Source: Sminthopsis crassicaudata
Lineage: Eukaryota
Direction of reading: 5' to 3'
Assembly: GCF_048593235.1 (NCBI RefSeq)
Contig: NC_133619.1
Span: forward strand, 635,106,558 to 635,170,557
DNA length: 64,000 nt
The notes beneath the pieces were generated by a model. That model did not search any database. It was not told the DNA's origin and saw only the letters and a list, made by a program, of their open reading frames with translations. The position numbers and the translations under genes were made by a program. Positions 62,132 to 64,000 of this stretch are shown one piece after another. The stretch's first letter is position 1, and each line of letters starts with the position of its first letter.

Positions 62132-62193
62132 GGGGGATGTGGGGGCGGCCCCGGGGGATGTGGGGGCGGCCCCGGGGGATGTGGCGGCGGCCC
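62132..62193. repeat. 21-bp G-rich tandem repeat x3 in the last INTS11 intron
   Basis: gggggatgtgggggcggcccc units at 62132, 62153 and 62174. Confidence 0.9.
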
Positions 62194-62232
62194 GGGGGAA
62201 GCCCTCACCTCCTCCTCCACCTTGGCCCGCAG

Positions 62233-62298
62233 GATGAAGAGTTGGGCAGCTACCTCACGTCGCTGCTGAAAAAGGGGCTCCCGCAGGCCCCCAGCTGA
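62233..62298 (+). CDS. INTS11: INTS11 exon 17 (last coding)
   Basis: cccgcAG|GATGAA; [21 protein letters not shown]. The 17 exons total 1803 bp = 600 aa plus stop. Confidence 0.97.
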   Translation, partial: DEELGSYLTSLLKKGLPQAPS

Positions 62299-62562
62299 GG
62301 CCCTTCCTGCTGCACCGGGGGTCTTGGTCTGGCTGCTCCAGGGAGGCCTGGGCCTCTGCCTGGAGCAGGGGATGAGGCTCCGGGCCCCCCGCCCCACGGC
62401 CTTCTGGGCCAGGCTGACTCCTCTTCGCCTTGGGTGGGGCTCTCTGGGTCTGGGCCGGTTCGGTTCTGGGGGGGCAGAGACTTTTGTAGCCCGGGGCCAG
62501 CTCCCCTCCCTCCCAAGTGCCTGGAACGGGGCTGGGTCCCCGGCCCCCCTCTAAGGACAAGA

Positions 62563-62568
62563 ATTAAA
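62563..62568 (+). terminator. INTS11: INTS11 polyadenylation signal (ATTAAA)
   Basis: Only hexamer of this kind after the stop, followed by a U-rich tract (ctgccttttattc). Confidence 0.65.
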
Positions 62569-62597
62569 CAAAAAGTCGCTCAACAGCTTCTCTGCCT

Positions 62598-62603
62598 TTT
62601 ATT
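62598..62603 (-). terminator. GPCR polyadenylation signal (AATAAA)
   Basis: tttatt on + strand about 200 nt downstream of the GPCR stop codon. Confidence 0.65.
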
Positions 62604-62798
62604 CACCTGGAGCAACAGGTCTCGGGCCTTGGCACATGTAGTTGGCACTGGAGGATGGCAGGGCCCCCTCCCCCCCACAGTCAGCCTCTCCAGAGCAGCA
62701 GTCCGCAAGCTGGCTCCTTGGGGAGGGACGTGCCCCCCGTGCCTGGCTCAGTGTGGGGGCGCTGCCCTCCCCCCAGGCCTGCTGCAGCCTAAGGGGTC

Positions 62799-63758
62799 TC
62801 ACCCCAGCGGGGGGCAGAGGGGCCCCGTCAGCTTGCTGTCACAGATGGTGAAGACGGCCTTGGGCCTGGGGGAGCGGAGGCGAGCCCAGAGCCGGCAGCA
62901 GGCCCGGGGCCCTCCGGGCAGGCCGACGAGGGGGCTGAGGCAGGGGCCCAGGCTGAGCAGCAGCAGTGCCGCCCGGCGCAGGTGGCTGAGGCCGGGGCCG
63001 GGGCCGCCGAGGTGGCGCAGCAGGTGGCAGAGGGAGTAGGGCAGGAAGCAGATGGCGCACACGAGCACGCTGAAGCCGAGGGTCCTGAGGGCTCTGCGGC
63101 CACGCCAGGTCCTGTGGCCAGAGGCCACGTGCCAGGCCAGCAGCGGGTAGCCGCTCAGGATGATGATGGAAGGCGCCAGGAAGCCCCCCACCAGGGCGTA
63201 GGTGCCGTGGGACCCGGAGACTGTGTCTGCCACAAAGTTCTCAAAGCAGGAGGTACGGTTGTTGGGTCCGGTGTGACTCAGGGGGCTGCCCAGGGCCAGG
63301 GGACTGGCCACAGCCCCGGCTAACAGCCAGAGTCCTGCGCTGCCCACGGCCCAGTGGGTCCTGCCAGACCGGAGGCGCGCCCAGGGGTGGGCCAGGGCCA
63401 GGTAGCTGTCCAGGCTGAGGCAGAGGAGCGAGCCGGTGCCAAGGTACATGAAGGCCCAGTGGAGGCTGGCACTGAGGCGGCAGGCCGGCTCCCCGAAGCG
63501 CCAGTCGCCCCCGTGCAGGTGGTAGTGCACCCAGAGCGGCAGGCTGCAGGCGAAGGCGGCGGCGGCCAGCGCCAGGCTCAGCCGCAGCACGCAGGCCGGC
63601 CCCGAGCGCCTCAGCCGCCAGAGGAGGCGGCTCCCGACCGCCACGTTCTCGGCCAGGCCCAGAGCAAAGACCACGCCGTAGGCCACGGCCAGCTGCTGAT
63701 GGCCCCCAAACCCGGTGGCCGAGGGGCTTCCCGTGTCATTCGGGGCCGGCGGCGGCAT
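62799..63758 (-). CDS. Orphan class A GPCR, LPAR6/P2Y-like, 319 aa, with degenerate activation motifs
   Basis: Seven hydrophobic segments. YGVVFALGLAEN (TM1), SLP (TM2), WRFGEPAC (ECL1/TM3), LCLSLDSYLALAHP (TM3), NRTSCFENF (ECL2), GFLAP (TM5), CFLPY (TM6). gccATG Kozak context; acceptor ccctcctcAG 12 nt upstream of ATG. Confidence 0.88.
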   Translation of the reverse strand: MPPPAPNDTGSPSATGFGGHQQLAVAYGVVFALGLAENVAVGSRLLWRLRRSGPACVLRLSLALAAAAFACSLPLWVHYHLHGGDWRFGEPACRLSASLHWAFMYLGTGSLLCLSLDSYLALAHPWARLRSGRTHWAVGSAGLWLLAGAVASPLALGSPLSHTGPNNRTSCFENFVADTVSGSHGTYALVGGFLAPSIIILSGYPLLAWHVASGHRTWRGRRALRTLGFSVLVCAICFLPYSLCHLLRHLGGPGPGLSHLRRAALLLLSLGPCLSPLVGLPGGPRACCRLWARLRSPRPKAVFTICDSKLTGPLCPPLG

Positions 63759-63943
63759 GGCCGGGCCAGTCTGAGGAGGGCGGAAGGAGCGAGTGCTCAG
63801 CGCCGTCAGTCAGGCCCCTGGCCGCACCCTCATCCCAGGGCCCCTCGGGTCTGAGTGGCCGGCAGAGGCCCAGGAGGAACACGGCTGCCTGCTTCTAAGA
63901 GAGGAGGCCTGCCATGGCCCCCTGCCCCCAGACCCCTACTCAC

Positions 63944-64000
63944 AGGAGCCGCTGAGCACCTGCTGCCGGCCTCTGAGCCACAGGAAACTTCAGCCTCAGA
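63944..64000 (-). other. Probable upstream exon of the GPCR transcript (runs off window)
   Basis: Donor CT|GTGAGT at 63944/63943 and acceptor at 63771-63772 define a 173-bp intron. Confidence 0.5.

Noticed and set aside
62982-63854. + strand ORFs of 113 and 166 aa overlapping the GPCR
   Set aside because: Antisense shadows in very GC-rich sequence, downstream of the INTS11 poly(A) signal.
63770-64000. PUSL1 coding sequence
   Set aside because: Expected next by synteny, but no PUSL1-like translation is visible within the window.

Overview
Marsupial genomic DNA, probably a dasyurid (inferred from WSINE1-type SINEs, marsupial L1/RTE remnants and an OC1-like hAT MITE), from a draft assembly with three N gaps. 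The window is syntenic with human 1p36.33. It contains the last coding exon and 3' UTR of DVL1 (+), a complete 6-exon TAS1R3 (-, 854 aa), and CPTP/GLTPD1 (-, 214 aa) head-to-head with INTS11/CPSF3L (+, 17 coding exons, 600 aa) across a CpG island. All exon boundaries were read from the sequence and the exon lengths sum to intact frames. The standout is a 319-aa single-coding-exon LPAR6/P2Y-like class A GPCR (-) directly downstream of INTS11, where human (from recall) has PUSL1 and no GPCR. Its frame, disulphide cysteines, Kozak context, splice acceptor and AATAAA are intact, but D2.50, the DRY arginine and the NPxxY/DPxxY motif are lost, and its poly(A) site interlocks with that of INTS11. Other observations are an EIF1 retrocopy missing from the ORF track, an L2-derived minisatellite with 132-bp higher-order structure, two SINEs inserted at one target site, and a probable uORF-containing 5' UTR intron in INTS11. 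No database searches were run; family names and human comparisons are from recall.
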